Source: an uncultured Bacillota bacterium (GTDB taxonomy: Bacteria > Bacillota_I > Bacilli_A > RF39 > UBA660). Taken from it: a DNA stretch of 64,000 bases. Every line of letters starts with the position of its first letter. Position 1 is the stretch's first letter. The stretch spans positions 27,873 through 91,872 of the forward strand of contig CAJMGO010000002.1 of NCBI GenBank assembly GCA_905212975.1, in the 5' to 3' direction. A model generated the notes under the pieces. It did no database searches, had not been told where the DNA came from, and saw only the letters and a program-made list of their open reading frames with translations. Position numbers and translations under genes: made by a program. Below are positions 1 through 10,044 of this stretch, in pieces.

Positions 1-1103
1 GAATAGATGAAGATACAATTTATGAAGCAATGGAACTTGCACTAACTTCAGCATATAAAAAAAATTATAATTCACTTGCTAATGTTAGAGTAGATATAAA
101 TAGAGAAACTGGAGAAATAAAAGTTTTCTCATATAAAACTGTAGTAGATAGAAATGAAGAAGATAAATATAAAAAATTCTCTGATATCGATTTTTCTAAT
201 TTATCAGATGATGAAGAAGAAGATGAACCAGTTTTACCATTTGTATTTGATGAAAGAATTCATTTAACACTAGAAGATGCAAGAAAAATTGTACCTGATA
301 TTCAAATTGGTGAAACAATTGAAGAAGAAGTAACACCAAAAGATTTTGGAAGAGTTGCTGCAGCAACAGCTAAACAAGTAGTAGTACAAAAAATAAGAGA
401 AGCTGAAAGAAATGTAATAATAAATGAGTTTGGTGAAAAACAAGACGAAATGATTACTGGTATTGTAGAAATGGAAGATGCTAGAAATTATTATATAAAT
501 CTAGGACGTACACAAGGAATTTTACCAAAATCAGAAACAATTCCAGGTGAAGAAATAAAAATGGGTTCATCAATAAAAGTATATGTTTCAAAAGTAGAAG
601 CAGGATCAAAAGGACCACTTATTCTTTTATCAAGAACACATTATGGTTTTGTAAAGAGATTATTTGAACTTGAAATACCAGAAATAAATGAAGGAATTAT
701 TCTTATATATAGTGTTGCTCGTGAAGCAGGTGTTAGAACAAAGGTAGCTGTATATTCAGAAAATCCAAATGTTGATCCAGTTGGTTCTTGCATAGGAGAA
801 AAAGGAAGCAGAATTAATAATATTATAAAAGAATTAAATGGAGAAAAAATAGATGTAATTCCATATGATAATGATCCAGCAAGATTTATAGAAAATGCAC
901 TTAGTCCAGCAAAAGATGTTCATGTATTTATAACAGATGAAAAGAAACGTGAAGCTTATGTTGTTGTAAATGATGAAAATTTATCTTTAGCTATAGGTAA
1001 AAAAGGACTAAATGTTAAATTAGCAGCTAGACTTACACATTACAAAATAGATGTTAAAACAATGGATCAAGCTCGTGAAGATGGAATTAACATAGTAGGG
1101 TGA
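1..1103 (+). CDS. nusA: Transcription termination/antitermination factor NusA, C-terminal ~365 aa (5' end lies outside the window)
   Basis: The reading frame is open from position 1. S1/KH-like segments (GILPKSETIPGEEIKMGSSIKVYV, VDPVGSCIGEKGSRI, LAIGKKGLNVKLAARLT) are typical of NusA. It is followed by ylxR and infB. Confidence 0.88.
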   Translation, partial: IDEDTIYEAMELALTSAYKKNYNSLANVRVDINRETGEIKVFSYKTVVDRNEEDKYKKFSDIDFSNLSDDEEEDEPVLPFVFDERIHLTLEDARKIVPDIQIGETIEEEVTPKDFGRVAAATAKQVVVQKIREAERNVIINEFGEKQDEMITGIVEMEDARNYYINLGRTQGILPKSETIPGEEIKMGSSIKVYVSKVEAGSKGPLILLSRTHYGFVKRLFELEIPEINEGIILIYSVAREAGVRTKVAVYSENPNVDPVGSCIGEKGSRINNIIKELNGEKIDVIPYDNDPARFIENALSPAKDVHVFITDEKKREAYVVVNDENLSLAIGKKGLNVKLAARLTHYKIDVKTMDQAREDGINIVG

Positions 1104-1107
1104 TTAT

Positions 1108-1368
1108 ATGAAGGCAAAAAAAATACCAATGCGTTCATGTGTAGTAACTCATGAAAAGTTAGAAAAAAAAGATTTAATAAGAGTTGTTAAAAATAAAGAT
1201 GGTCTTGTATTTGTAGATGAATCAGGTAAAGCAAATGGAAGAGGGGCTTATCTAAAGAAGAGTGTTGAAGTAATAGAAAAAGCCCAAAAAAGTAAAGTTT
1301 TAGATAAAATCTTAGATACAACTATTAAAGAAGAGGTATATAATGAATTGTTAAATATAGTTAAATAA
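1108..1368 (+). CDS. ylxR: YlxR/RnpM-like DUF448 RNA-binding protein
   Basis: 86 aa protein with MRSCVVT...GRGAYL motifs. It sits at the conserved position between nusA and infB. Confidence 0.8.
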   Translation: MKAKKIPMRSCVVTHEKLEKKDLIRVVKNKDGLVFVDESGKANGRGAYLKKSVEVIEKAQKSKVLDKILDTTIKEEVYNELLNIVK

Positions 1369-1384
1369 GAAAGAGGTGAAGCTT

Positions 1385-3481
1385 ATGATGAGTGTTTTAG
1401 AATATGCACAAGATGTAAATAAAAGCGTTAATGAAATTTTAAAAGAATGTAGAGAACTAGGAATAAATGTAAATGGAGAAGATGATTTATTAAGTGAAGA
1501 TGATATCATTGAATTAGATAGCTTCGTTGATAATATTGTAGATGATGAGGCTGTTGAAGAATTGGTAAATGATATTAAAATAAAAGAAACGGATTTAGAT
1601 AATAGTATTCCAGTCCAAAAATTAAAGAAAAAAGCTACACAAACATCTCAAAAGGTAAATAAAAAAGAATTAGCAAACAAGAAAAAAGAAATGTATAAAA
1701 ACAAAGAAAAACTTAAATCTAATGATAATAAGAATGAAAATGTTGTTTTATATACAGAAAATATGACAGTAAGTGATTTAGCAAATAGGTTAGGTGTTGC
1801 GTCTGTTGAACTAGTAAAAAAATTATTTTCACTTGGAATAATGGCAACAGCTAATAATTCAATAGATTTTGATAATGCATCTATATTAGTACTTGAATAT
1901 AATAAAGAACTAAAAAAAGAAGAAACAGCAGATGTTACTAACTTTGAAAACTTTGAGGTAATTGATTCAGAAGAAGAATTAAAAGAAAGACCACCTGTTG
2001 TAACAATAATGGGACATGTAGATCATGGTAAAACTACATTACTAGATACAATTAGAAAAACTAATGTAGCGCTTGGTGAAGCCGGAGGAATAACACAAGC
2101 AATAAGTGCTTATCAAATTAACTATAAAGGTAAACCAATAACATTTATAGATACTCCAGGACATGCAGCATTCACAGAAATGAGAGCAAGAGGAGCTTCA
2201 ATTACAGATATAGTAATAATTATTGTTGCTGCAGATGATGGTGTTATGCCACAAACAAGAGAAGCAATAGACCACGCAAAAGCAGCAGGAGTACCAATTT
2301 TAGTTGCTATAAATAAAATAGATAAACCAGGAGCAAATCCAGAGAGAGTAAAAACAGAATTATCTGAATGTGGACTTACTCCAGATAATTGGGGTGGGGA
2401 TACAATATATACTGAAATTTCTGCAAAAGAAAATATTAATATTGATGAACTATTAGAAAATATATTACTTGTAGCAGAAATGGAACAATATAAAGCAAAC
2501 CCATCACGTTATGCTCTTGGAACAGTTATAGAATCAAGACTTGATAAACAAGTAGGACCTATAGCTACAATATTAATACAAAATGGTACATTAAGATTAG
2601 GTGATCCTTTAGTTGTAGGTACATCTTATGGTAAGGTAAGAGTCATGAAAAATGATAAAGGAGAAGAAATAACAGAAGCATATCCTTCAAGCCCAGTTGA
2701 AATAACAGGACTTAGTGAAACACCAACAGCTGGAGATAAGTTCATGGCATTTGAATCAGAAAAACAAGCAAAATCAATATCTGATCAAAGAAAAGAACAA
2801 GCAAAACAAAATAATAGAAAGTCAAATGATGCTGTAACACTTGATGATTTATTTTCTAAAATAAATGAAGGATTAAAAGAAATTAATGTTATTGTAAAAG
2901 CAGATGTAAATGGTTCTAGCGAAGCTGTAAAAAATTCTCTTGAAAAAATAGAAGTAGAAGATGTAAGAATAAAAGTAATTAGAAGCTCTGTTGGTGCTAT
3001 TACTGAAAGTGATGTAGTTCTTGCTAAAGCATCAAATGCAATTATTATTGGATTTAATATAAGACCTAATAATAGTATTAGAGATTATGCTAAAGAAAAT
3101 GGTGTTGAAATAAGACTATATGATATTATCTATAAAGTAGTAGAAGAAATGGAAGCAGCTATGAAAGGTATGTTAGACCCAGTATATGAAGAAAAAGTAC
3201 TTGGATCAGCAGAGGTAAGACAATTGTTTAAATTCTCTAAAGTAGGAGTTATAGCAGGATCATATGTAATAGATGGAATTATAAAAAATGATGCTAAAGC
3301 ACGTATTATACGTGATGGTGTTGTTGTATATGATGGACAGATTAACTCACTACAAAGAGAAAAAGATAGTGTAAAAGAAGTAAAAAAAGGATTTGAGTGT
3401 GGAATTACAATAGAAAACTTTAATGACATTAAAGTAAAAGACATTATAGAAGCATATGAATTAGTTGAAAAAGGAAGATAA
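1385..3481 (+). CDS. infB: Translation initiation factor IF-2
   Basis: G-domain motifs [17 protein letters not shown] and NKID, with the IF2 N-terminal domain. The tracked ORF begins at GTG 1376. The ATG at 1385 has a better-spaced AGAGGTGA Shine-Dalgarno sequence. Confidence 0.93.
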   Translation: MMSVLEYAQDVNKSVNEILKECRELGINVNGEDDLLSEDDIIELDSFVDNIVDDEAVEELVNDIKIKETDLDNSIPVQKLKKKATQTSQKVNKKELANKKKEMYKNKEKLKSNDNKNENVVLYTENMTVSDLANRLGVASVELVKKLFSLGIMATANNSIDFDNASILVLEYNKELKKEETADVTNFENFEVIDSEEELKERPPVVTIMGHVDHGKTTLLDTIRKTNVALGEAGGITQAISAYQINYKGKPITFIDTPGHAAFTEMRARGASITDIVIIIVAADDGVMPQTREAIDHAKAAGVPILVAINKIDKPGANPERVKTELSECGLTPDNWGGDTIYTEISAKENINIDELLENILLVAEMEQYKANPSRYALGTVIESRLDKQVGPIATILIQNGTLRLGDPLVVGTSYGKVRVMKNDKGEEITEAYPSSPVEITGLSETPTAGDKFMAFESEKQAKSISDQRKEQAKQNNRKSNDAVTLDDLFSKINEGLKEINVIVKADVNGSSEAVKNSLEKIEVEDVRIKVIRSSVGAITESDVVLAKASNAIIIGFNIRPNNSIRDYAKENGVEIRLYDIIYKVVEEMEAAMKGMLDPVYEEKVLGSAEVRQLFKFSKVGVIAGSYVIDGIIKNDAKARIIRDGVVVYDGQINSLQREKDSVKEVKKGFECGITIENFNDIKVKDIIEAYELVEKGR

Positions 3482-3499
3482 AAAATATCTTTCTTTTTA
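3473..3499 (+). terminator. Rho-independent terminator overlapping the infB stop codon
   Basis: AAGATA-aaaaa-TATCTT stem followed by a T-run. Confidence 0.45.
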
Positions 3500-3534
3500 A
3501 TTCAAATTAATATATAATAAAAAAAGGTGATAAA

Positions 3535-4842
3535 ATGTTTGAAAATTTAAGTGATAGACTACAAAGTGTAATGGATAAAATAAAAGGTTATGGAAAGATA
3601 ACAGAAAGTAATATATCTGAAATTACAAGAGAAATTAGACTTGCTTTACTTGAAGCTGACGTAAATTACACAGTTGTAAAAGAATTTATAAATACAGTAA
3701 AAGAAAAAGCACTTGGAACAGAAGTTGCTAAATCATTAAAACCAGGAGAAATGTTTGTAAAAATAGTAAAAGATGAACTTGTAGAATTATTAGGAGGAGA
3801 ACAAGCCCCACTTACTACTAGTGGTAATCCAACAATAACAATGTTAGTTGGTTTACAAGGTAGTGGTAAAACAACTACAATAGCAAAACTTGCTAATCTT
3901 TTAAGAAAAAAATACAAGAAAAATCCTCTTATGGTAGCATGCGATGTATATAGACCAGCCGCAATAGATCAATTAAAACAATTAGGACGTGAACTAAATA
4001 TAGCTGTTTTTGAAGAAGGAAAAAAAGATCCTAGAGAAATAGTTAAAAATGCACTTGAGTATGCTCATGAAAATAAACATGATTATATTTTAATAGATAC
4101 AGCAGGTCGTCTTCATATTGATGAAGAATTAATGCAAGAGTTAAAAGATATAACTGAAATTGTAAAACCAGATGAAACACTACTTGTTATAGACAGTATG
4201 ATGGGTCAAGATGCTATAAATGTTATACAAGGATTTAATGATGCATTAAATTTAACAGGAGCTATATTAACTAAGTTAGATGGTGATACAAGAGGAGGGG
4301 CAGCTCTTTCAATTAGACATTTAACTAATGTACCAATTAAGTTTATAGGTGTATCTGAAAAAATGGATGGATTAGAAGAATTTTATCCTGATAGAATGGC
4401 AACTCGTATACTTGGTATGGGTGACTTAATGAGCATGGTTGAAAAAGCCGAAGCAGAAATTGATGAAAAAGAAGCATTAGAAGCAGCAAAAAAAATGCAA
4501 CAAGGTAAATTTGATTTAGAGGATTTTTTAAATCAACTTCATCAAATAAAAAAACTAGGCCCATTAGAAAGTCTAATTAAATTAATACCAGGAGCAAAAA
4601 AAATGGGATTAAATAATGTAAAAATAAATCCAAAAGATATGGCACATATAGAAGCTATAATACAATCTATGACTAAAGAAGAAAGACAAAATCCTTCTAT
4701 TTTAAAAGCAAGTAGAAAGCAAAGGATTGCAAAAGGTAGTGGAAGAAGTGTAGAAGAGGTAAATAGATTATTAAAACAATTTGAAGAAATGAAGCGTATG
4801 ATGAAAATGATGAAAAATGGTAATTTCAAAATGCCATTTTAA
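3535..4842 (+). CDS. ffh: Signal recognition particle protein Ffh
   Basis: N-domain plus SRP54 GTPase motifs (GLQGSGKTTT, DTAGR, TKLDGD) and a Met-rich C-terminal M-domain. Confidence 0.92.
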   Translation: MFENLSDRLQSVMDKIKGYGKITESNISEITREIRLALLEADVNYTVVKEFINTVKEKALGTEVAKSLKPGEMFVKIVKDELVELLGGEQAPLTTSGNPTITMLVGLQGSGKTTTIAKLANLLRKKYKKNPLMVACDVYRPAAIDQLKQLGRELNIAVFEEGKKDPREIVKNALEYAHENKHDYILIDTAGRLHIDEELMQELKDITEIVKPDETLLVIDSMMGQDAINVIQGFNDALNLTGAILTKLDGDTRGGAALSIRHLTNVPIKFIGVSEKMDGLEEFYPDRMATRILGMGDLMSMVEKAEAEIDEKEALEAAKKMQQGKFDLEDFLNQLHQIKKLGPLESLIKLIPGAKKMGLNNVKINPKDMAHIEAIIQSMTKEERQNPSILKASRKQRIAKGSGRSVEEVNRLLKQFEEMKRMMKMMKNGNFKMPF

Positions 4843-4862
4843 ATAAATAGGGAGGAACAAAT

Positions 4863-5456
4863 ATGAAAGATATAGCAAATAAATATAAAACTCAATTAAT
4901 GAACTTCTTAAATGATTTAAAATCAAAAAATACAAGAAAAAAACAAATACCAAATTTACTGACCTTTTCGAGATTGTTTTCTCCTTTTATAATAATACCT
5001 TTATCATTATTTAAACAATTTACTCTTGCAGGTATATTTACTGCATTATTTTCAATAACAGATTTATTTGATGGATATATAGCAAGAAAATATAATTTAG
5101 TTAGTGAATTTGGAAAAGATTTAGATGCAATAACTGATAAAGTATTTACTGGTACAATAATAATTTCACTTTCAATAGTAAATAGAAATATATTAATATT
5201 TTTATTTTTAGAACTAGTTATAGCTGTAATAGGTATAAATGACAAATTAAAAAATAAAAATCCATATTCTTCTTATATAGGAAAAGTAAAAGCAACTTTT
5301 TTGTATATATATTTAGTATTAATTTTTTGTTCAATTTATTTTAATATAAATTTAATATTTATAAAAATAATTGCAATAATAACTTTAATATTACAACTTG
5401 CCACAATAGTTAATTATTTAACAAGAAGTATAAAGCTAACAAAACAAAACAAATAA
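4863..5456 (+). CDS. pgsA: CDP-alcohol phosphatidyltransferase (PgsA-like)
   Basis: DLFDGYIARKYNLVSEFGKDLDAITDK matches the D-G-x2-A-R...G...D-x3-D signature. The protein is polytopic. Confidence 0.7.
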   Translation: MKDIANKYKTQLMNFLNDLKSKNTRKKQIPNLLTFSRLFSPFIIIPLSLFKQFTLAGIFTALFSITDLFDGYIARKYNLVSEFGKDLDAITDKVFTGTIIISLSIVNRNILIFLFLELVIAVIGINDKLKNKNPYSSYIGKVKATFLYIYLVLIFCSIYFNINLIFIKIIAIITLILQLATIVNYLTRSIKLTKQNK

Positions 5457-5472
5457 AAAAATGGGGGATTTT

Positions 5473-6615
5473 ATGGAGATTTTTGGTAATTCAAAAAAAA
5501 TACTCATTAATGAAATGAAAAGTATAAGAGAAGATTTAAATAAATCAACAACAAAAAATGATAAAAATATTATTTTAGATAGCATATGTTCAATAATGAA
5601 TATATGTAATATAGAGGAATATGAAATGCCTTTATTACGTAATTTTGAAAAAAAGAATAAAAATATTATTATAAAATCAACAGAAATGTATAATAAATAT
5701 GAAAATTCACTTTTTAAAGATATTGTTAAGAATAAAGAATATTATAATGATATATTCTATAAGGCATGTATAACATTGTCAAAAAAATTAAAGAATTTAG
5801 AATATCCTATATATGCAGAAGAACGATTCAGTGAAAAAGAATTATATGAAATGTTACATGATTTTTTTTATGAAAACCACCAAAAAGATATAGAATTTGT
5901 TGATTCTATAATAAAAGAGGGAAGAATTATTAAAGTGTTAGATGATGGAGATTATTTAGGAATGTGTAATTGTATTTATAAAAATAATCCAATAATAACT
6001 ATATATTGTCAGAGTAATGAAAAATATACATTAGAAGAATTAGTAACAATAATACATGAATTAGGTCATGCAATAGATTTTAAAAATTTATCTTTAAGCA
6101 GCACATCAAATACATTAGAAAAATATTTAATTACATCAAAACTATCAGAATTTAATTCTCAGTTTTATGAAAAACAAGCATATGAATATTTTTTAGAAAA
6201 AGGAATAGATAAAAATAGTAATTTAGCCAATTTTATCGCATTTTATACAGAAATATATAATAATACCTATGAAGCTCTTTTATTTACTACATTGGAAGAA
6301 AAAGATATATTAAAAAGACATTATGATTATTGCAATATGGAACAATTTTCTAATATACTTTTTACAGATGAAAATCATTTTTATAATCTTGAAAATATTA
6401 CAGAAACATTAAAATATAGTATTGGTGGTATATTGGCTATTTATTGTGACGCTAAAATAAAAGAAAACTATGATGAAGGAATAAAAATATATAATAAAAT
6501 AATGGGTATAAGGACATATGGATTCAATATTAAAACAATGGAGGAACTAAATATAGAACCACAAGAAATTAATAAAGTAATAAAAAAAGAAATAGATAGA
6601 TTAAGAAAGTTCTAA
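5473..6615 (+). CDS. Hypothetical protein with an HExxH zinc-metallopeptidase-like motif
   Basis: Motif IIHELGHAIDF. Start chosen at the ATG 5473 with a GGGGGA Shine-Dalgarno sequence. No family is recognised. Confidence 0.5.
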   Translation: MEIFGNSKKILINEMKSIREDLNKSTTKNDKNIILDSICSIMNICNIEEYEMPLLRNFEKKNKNIIIKSTEMYNKYENSLFKDIVKNKEYYNDIFYKACITLSKKLKNLEYPIYAEERFSEKELYEMLHDFFYENHQKDIEFVDSIIKEGRIIKVLDDGDYLGMCNCIYKNNPIITIYCQSNEKYTLEELVTIIHELGHAIDFKNLSLSSTSNTLEKYLITSKLSEFNSQFYEKQAYEYFLEKGIDKNSNLANFIAFYTEIYNNTYEALLFTTLEEKDILKRHYDYCNMEQFSNILFTDENHFYNLENITETLKYSIGGILAIYCDAKIKENYDEGIKIYNKIMGIRTYGFNIKTMEELNIEPQEINKVIKKEIDRLRKF

Positions 6616-6705
6616 AAAAGAACTTTTTTTTATCTTTTAAGACATTTAACATATTCATAAAGTATTTAAGCTCATATTATAAACTAGATAAGGGGGAAAA
6701 TAATT

Positions 6706-6849
6706 ATGTTTAGAAATTGTTGTAATAGACAAATGAATATTGGAATGATGCCACAAGGGAATTGTTGTATGGAACAACAAGTAATAGAACCTACTATTAC
6801 AAAATGTGTAGAAAAAGAGTTTTATCATGAAATACCACATGAGTGCTAA
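6706..6849 (+). CDS. Small cysteine-rich protein (47 aa), possibly CotD-like spore-coat family
   Basis: Strong Shine-Dalgarno sequence AAGGGGGAAAATAATT-ATG. Not in the ORF track because it is under 60 aa. The segment PTITKCVEKEFYHEIPHEC resembles the CotD core (HPTKCCV..F...VPHIHP). Overlaps a likely spurious minus-strand ORF 6655..6915. Confidence 0.4.
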   Translation: MFRNCCNRQMNIGMMPQGNCCMEQQVIEPTITKCVEKEFYHEIPHEC

Positions 6850-6939
6850 GAAAGTGATAACATATAGAACACATATTGATAAATAAAGGGAAAAGTCAAG
6901 ATTAGATTTTTTCAAAAATTTAACAAAAAGGAGTTTTAT

Positions 6940-7164
6940 ATGGTAAAAAATTGGGATTTACGATTTAATCTAACCGAAGATATGAATAATATGATGATAG
7001 AACTTTTAATCACTCAACAAATGTTAAAAGATGATAGAATTGATAAGGAAGATAAAATCTTATTAGAAAATCATAAACAAGAGTTAATGAAAGAGTTTAC
7101 GCAAGAGTTCAAAAAGAATAACACAAAGGAGATTAAGCAATACAACGAACTGATGAATAAGTAA
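6940..7164 (+). CDS. Hypothetical small protein (74 aa)
   Basis: AAAAGGAG Shine-Dalgarno sequence, with a terminator hairpin immediately downstream. Confidence 0.5.
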   Translation: MVKNWDLRFNLTEDMNNMMIELLITQQMLKDDRIDKEDKILLENHKQELMKEFTQEFKKNNTKEIKQYNELMNK

Positions 7165-7170
7165 GAAAAT

Positions 7171-7210
7171 AAGAGATAAGCAAGTATCTACATACTTAAC
7201 TTATCTCTTT
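7171..7210. terminator. Bidirectional rho-independent terminator between convergent genes
   Basis: AAGAGATAAG ... CTTATCTCTT 10-bp stem with U-rich flanks on both strands. Confidence 0.55.
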
Positions 7211-7509
7211 TGTTTTGGTTTACCATATTGTTTAGACAAGTCCATACCTTTAAGACAAGTAAAACAATCAACTGCTATTCTTTTTTGGTGGTCAAGAGAT
7301 ATAAACTTAACTATCTCATCATAATTTCTTTTAAACATTTCAATAAATTCTCTATCTTTTTGTTTTTCTTCCTCTTGTTGTTTTAGATATTCTTCCATAC
7401 CATTATTTATTATAAAGTTTAGGTCATATTCAAGAGTGCCTTTTTGTGGTTCTTTAAGTCCTAATAAGTCCTCAATATCTAAATCAATACTTACTTTATT
7501 ATTTGTCAT
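7201..7509 (-). CDS. Hypothetical protein (102 aa), mobile-element associated
   Basis: ORF overlapping the upstream HTH gene by 11 nt. No family recognised. Confidence 0.45.
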   Translation of the reverse strand: MTNNKVSIDLDIEDLLGLKEPQKGTLEYDLNFIINNGMEEYLKQQEEEKQKDREFIEMFKRNYDEIVKFISLDHQKRIAVDCFTCLKGMDLSKQYGKPKQKR

Positions 7510-7684
7510 TTTGTTTTACCTCCATATTTTCAATAAGTTTTAAGTATTCAAATTCACTTATTAAATAATTTTTTGATGATTTAATAGCCTTAACCTTTCC
7601 TTTATCAATAAGCCCTTTTAAATAGCCAATAGAGATATGTAGGCTATCACATACCTCGGCAAGGGTTAAAAATCTTTGTTTCAA
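7499..7684 (-). CDS. Helix-turn-helix DNA-binding protein (excisionase/AlpA/MerR-like), TTG start
   Basis: LTLAEVCDSLHISIGYLKGLIDKGKV is an HTH. The first codon is TTG, preceded by AAGGAGG 7 nt upstream. A TATAAT -10 lies just upstream. Confidence 0.55.
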   Translation of the reverse strand: MKQRFLTLAEVCDSLHISIGYLKGLIDKGKVKAIKSSKNYLISEFEYLKLIENMEVKQNDK

Positions 7685-7784
7685 TATTTCCTCCTTGTGA
7701 TTATAGGTCGGGGTGGCTTTTGTAGTAATTCCTAATCACTTTCTTATAGCAACAGGTTGCCCTAAAATCAAACGACCATACAAT

Positions 7785-7820
7785 TTTTCAAAATAAAAAA
7801 AGGAACTCGTTAAAGTTCCT
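7785..7820 (-). terminator. Rho-independent terminator overlapping the stop codon of the ATPase gene
   Basis: On the minus strand, AGGAACT-ttaacg-AGTTCCT followed by a run of 8 T. Confidence 0.55.
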
Positions 7821-8643
7821 TAAATGTGGCATAATTGCCTAAATATTTTAAATCAAATTGTCCTTTGACACCAAACCTATTTTTTAAAAACTCTATTGTT
7901 ATGGTGTCCGTATTGTCAGTGAAAGCCAATCTATTTGTATTTTCCTTTTGATACATAATTATAAGATAGTCTGCTGTATATTCTATACTACCACTTTCTT
8001 TAAATGATGATATATCATTTCTTTTTGCTCCCTCACGGCTTAAACTACTAATCGCCATAATAGATATGTTGTATTTATTAGCAAGTGCTTTTAATTCTCT
8101 TGTAATCATATCTATATTTTGTTTGTCGTTGCTACTATCACAACATATAAATTGTAAGTAATCAATGATAACAATAACATTACTATTCTTAAACATACGG
8201 CTAAAATCGTTTATAGTTTTAGAAATGTCTTTTATATGAGGCATATTATCAACTATATAAATATTGTTTCCTATTGGCTCATATAAGTCAAAATACGGGT
8301 CAATATTTTCAACCTCATTTGACATAAAGTCATTTGGTGTATGACTTGTTAAGTCGTTATCTAAATAAGATATTCTACTTAATGACTTTGATACTAATTC
8401 ATATTTAGTTAGTTCCAAAGAGATAAATAATATCTTTGTATTTTCTTCTTTTGCCATATTGTCGGCTAATTGTAGAGCAAGAGTTGTTTTTCCTAACCCA
8501 GTATTTGCTCCTATGATAGTTAAGCCTTTTGGTAAACCACCACCATAAATATCATTTAATTTCGTTATACCTGTTGGTATCTTTCTTATATTACTTTCAT
8601 TAGAAATATAATTCTTATAATTTTCTTTTGTCAATGTTTCCAT
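7810..8643 (-). CDS. DnaB-C-terminal-like (RecA-fold) P-loop ATPase, replication module of the mobile element
   Basis: Walker A GANTGLGKTT and a DnaB C-terminal helicase-domain-like layout (IDYLQF, SREGAKRNDISSFKESGSIEYTAD). Confidence 0.65.
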   Translation of the reverse strand: METLTKENYKNYISNESNIRKIPTGITKLNDIYGGGLPKGLTIIGANTGLGKTTLALQLADNMAKEENTKILFISLELTKYELVSKSLSRISYLDNDLTSHTPNDFMSNEVENIDPYFDLYEPIGNNIYIVDNMPHIKDISKTINDFSRMFKNSNVIVIIDYLQFICCDSSNDKQNIDMITRELKALANKYNISIMAISSLSREGAKRNDISSFKESGSIEYTADYLIIMYQKENTNRLAFTDNTDTITIEFLKNRFGVKGQFDLKYLGNYATFKEL

Positions 8644-8884
8644 TTTGGTTTCCTCCTTTTATGTCTTATAAAATAAGTAAGTATTATATAAGTGTATGTT
8701 TTTATTTTATTATTTGTAAAAATTAGATTAGAGATATACAAGCACCACTCTGTAAAGAGTGAGTGCTATATATAATATACTTATTATATTTAAGAGTTTT
8801 TAGCCTCTTATAATTCCTTTATTTATAAGACTTTATCTTAAATTGTATCTACATATCAAACCAAAATATCTACTAAAACTTGCT

Positions 8885-9682
8885 TTAATTTCTACACTCT
8901 AAAATTATTTTACTATTTATAAAAGAGTTGTAAGTAGTTGGCTCATTGTCATATTTCCAAGTGTAATTAAGTAATTCGCACCAATAGTCCATATTTTTTC
9001 TAAATGGTTCTAATATATTTCTTGATACTTGCTTACTCTTATCTAAATCATCATAACAAGGTAGAATAGGACAATATTTTGTTATTTCTTTTATTGAAAT
9101 TATGTTTTTATATTTCTTGTTATAATTCACTTGTCTATGAAATATAACACGGGTTGCCATAAATAAACTATGATGATATTTTGTTATATTCATATTAAAT
9201 AACTCATTAGGTAGTTGTAAGGTTAATCTATTATAACCAAGTAAAGTTAAATAATCTTTATTAAAACTAATTGTTATACTACCTTTTGTAGTGGAGTAAT
9301 CATCTATAATACAACAACTTCGTGTATCAGTAGTATATCCTTTATTGTTCTTCTTACCTTTAAAATAATAATAATTAAATCTTATCGCTTTTAAATATTC
9401 AAGTGATGATATTATATAAGCCTTTTTAGTCGTTTTTAAGGCATTTAGAAAGACTTTTGTATCAAGTGTTATTACATTATCTCTTAAAGCATTTTGACTT
9501 AATAAACTACCTAAATAAAGGTATAGTTTATATGTTATTAAGTCGTTAGTTGTTCCTATGTAATCATCACTCAATTTAATAGCAAAATCTCTTTCAAATA
9601 TAGTATGTTCCTTTGAATATTTTACCCTAATAATATTTAAGTGTAATTTATTAGCATATCTATTTTGATAAATGCTATACAT
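8885..9682 (-). CDS. Putative plasmid/phage-type replication initiator protein
   Basis: 265-aa basic protein immediately upstream of the DnaB-like ATPase. It resembles Firmicute Rep initiators in general. Assignment is by context and composition. Confidence 0.4.
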   Translation of the reverse strand: MYSIYQNRYANKLHLNIIRVKYSKEHTIFERDFAIKLSDDYIGTTNDLITYKLYLYLGSLLSQNALRDNVITLDTKVFLNALKTTKKAYIISSLEYLKAIRFNYYYFKGKKNNKGYTTDTRSCCIIDDYSTTKGSITISFNKDYLTLLGYNRLTLQLPNELFNMNITKYHHSLFMATRVIFHRQVNYNKKYKNIISIKEITKYCPILPCYDDLDKSKQVSRNILEPFRKNMDYWCELLNYTWKYDNEPTTYNSFINSKIILECRN

Positions 9683-9765
9683 ATTTTTCCTCCTTTTAAT
9701 TTTTACAATTTAATTTTAATATTCTTTGGTAGAGTGTGAAAAGTATTTGAGTTTTACAAAGGTGC

Positions 9766-9918
9766 CTAATTTTTGTTAAAAATAAAAACAATGGAATCTA
9801 ATTGATCTTGTGAAAAGTAATATCTATTCCCAATTTTAGTATAAGATACCTCATTATTACTGACCCAACTATATAATGTTTTATATGATACACCAACTAT
9901 CTTACAAGCCTTTTTCAA
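9766..9918 (-). CDS. Excisionase-like HTH small ORF with uncertain start
   Basis: Translation KACKIVGVSYKTLYSWVSNNEVSYTKIGNRYYFSQDQLDSI is an Xis/MerR-type HTH. The only canonical start is TTG at 9918, 22 nt from a GAGGAGGTGG Shine-Dalgarno sequence. An in-frame ATC sits 4 nt after that sequence. Confidence 0.4.
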   Translation of the reverse strand: MKKACKIVGVSYKTLYSWVSNNEVSYTKIGNRYYFSQDQLDSIVFIFNKN

Positions 9919-10044
9919 TGGTATTAAGTCTTTGATATTACCACCTCCTCATATATATAGTGGTAAATAAAAGACTTTTCTCTAATTTTGTATATTTTTG
10001 TTAAAGAAAAAGCATATAAGCACTTTACCTATATACTTTATTTT

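Noticed and set aside
3130-4953. Antisense ORFs inside infB, ffh and the pgsA-like gene (3130..3444, 3666..3917, 4343..4564, 4542..4829, 4771..4953, 4892..5245)
   Set aside because: They lie entirely within well-supported genes on the opposite strand. Their translations are low-complexity Ser/Phe/Ile-rich sequences typical of AT-rich antisense frames, and none has a ribosome-binding site.
6655-6915. 86-aa minus-strand ORF
   Set aside because: No ribosome-binding site, and the translation is hydrophobic low-complexity. The overlapping plus-strand 47-aa ORF has a strong Shine-Dalgarno sequence and a plausible Cys-rich product.
7700-7720. GC-rich island (GGTCGGGGTGGC) that might have been a tRNA fragment or att site
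   Set aside because: No cloverleaf can be built and it has no T-arm or GTTC-type motif. It lies in the leader/promoter region of the TTG-initiated HTH gene.
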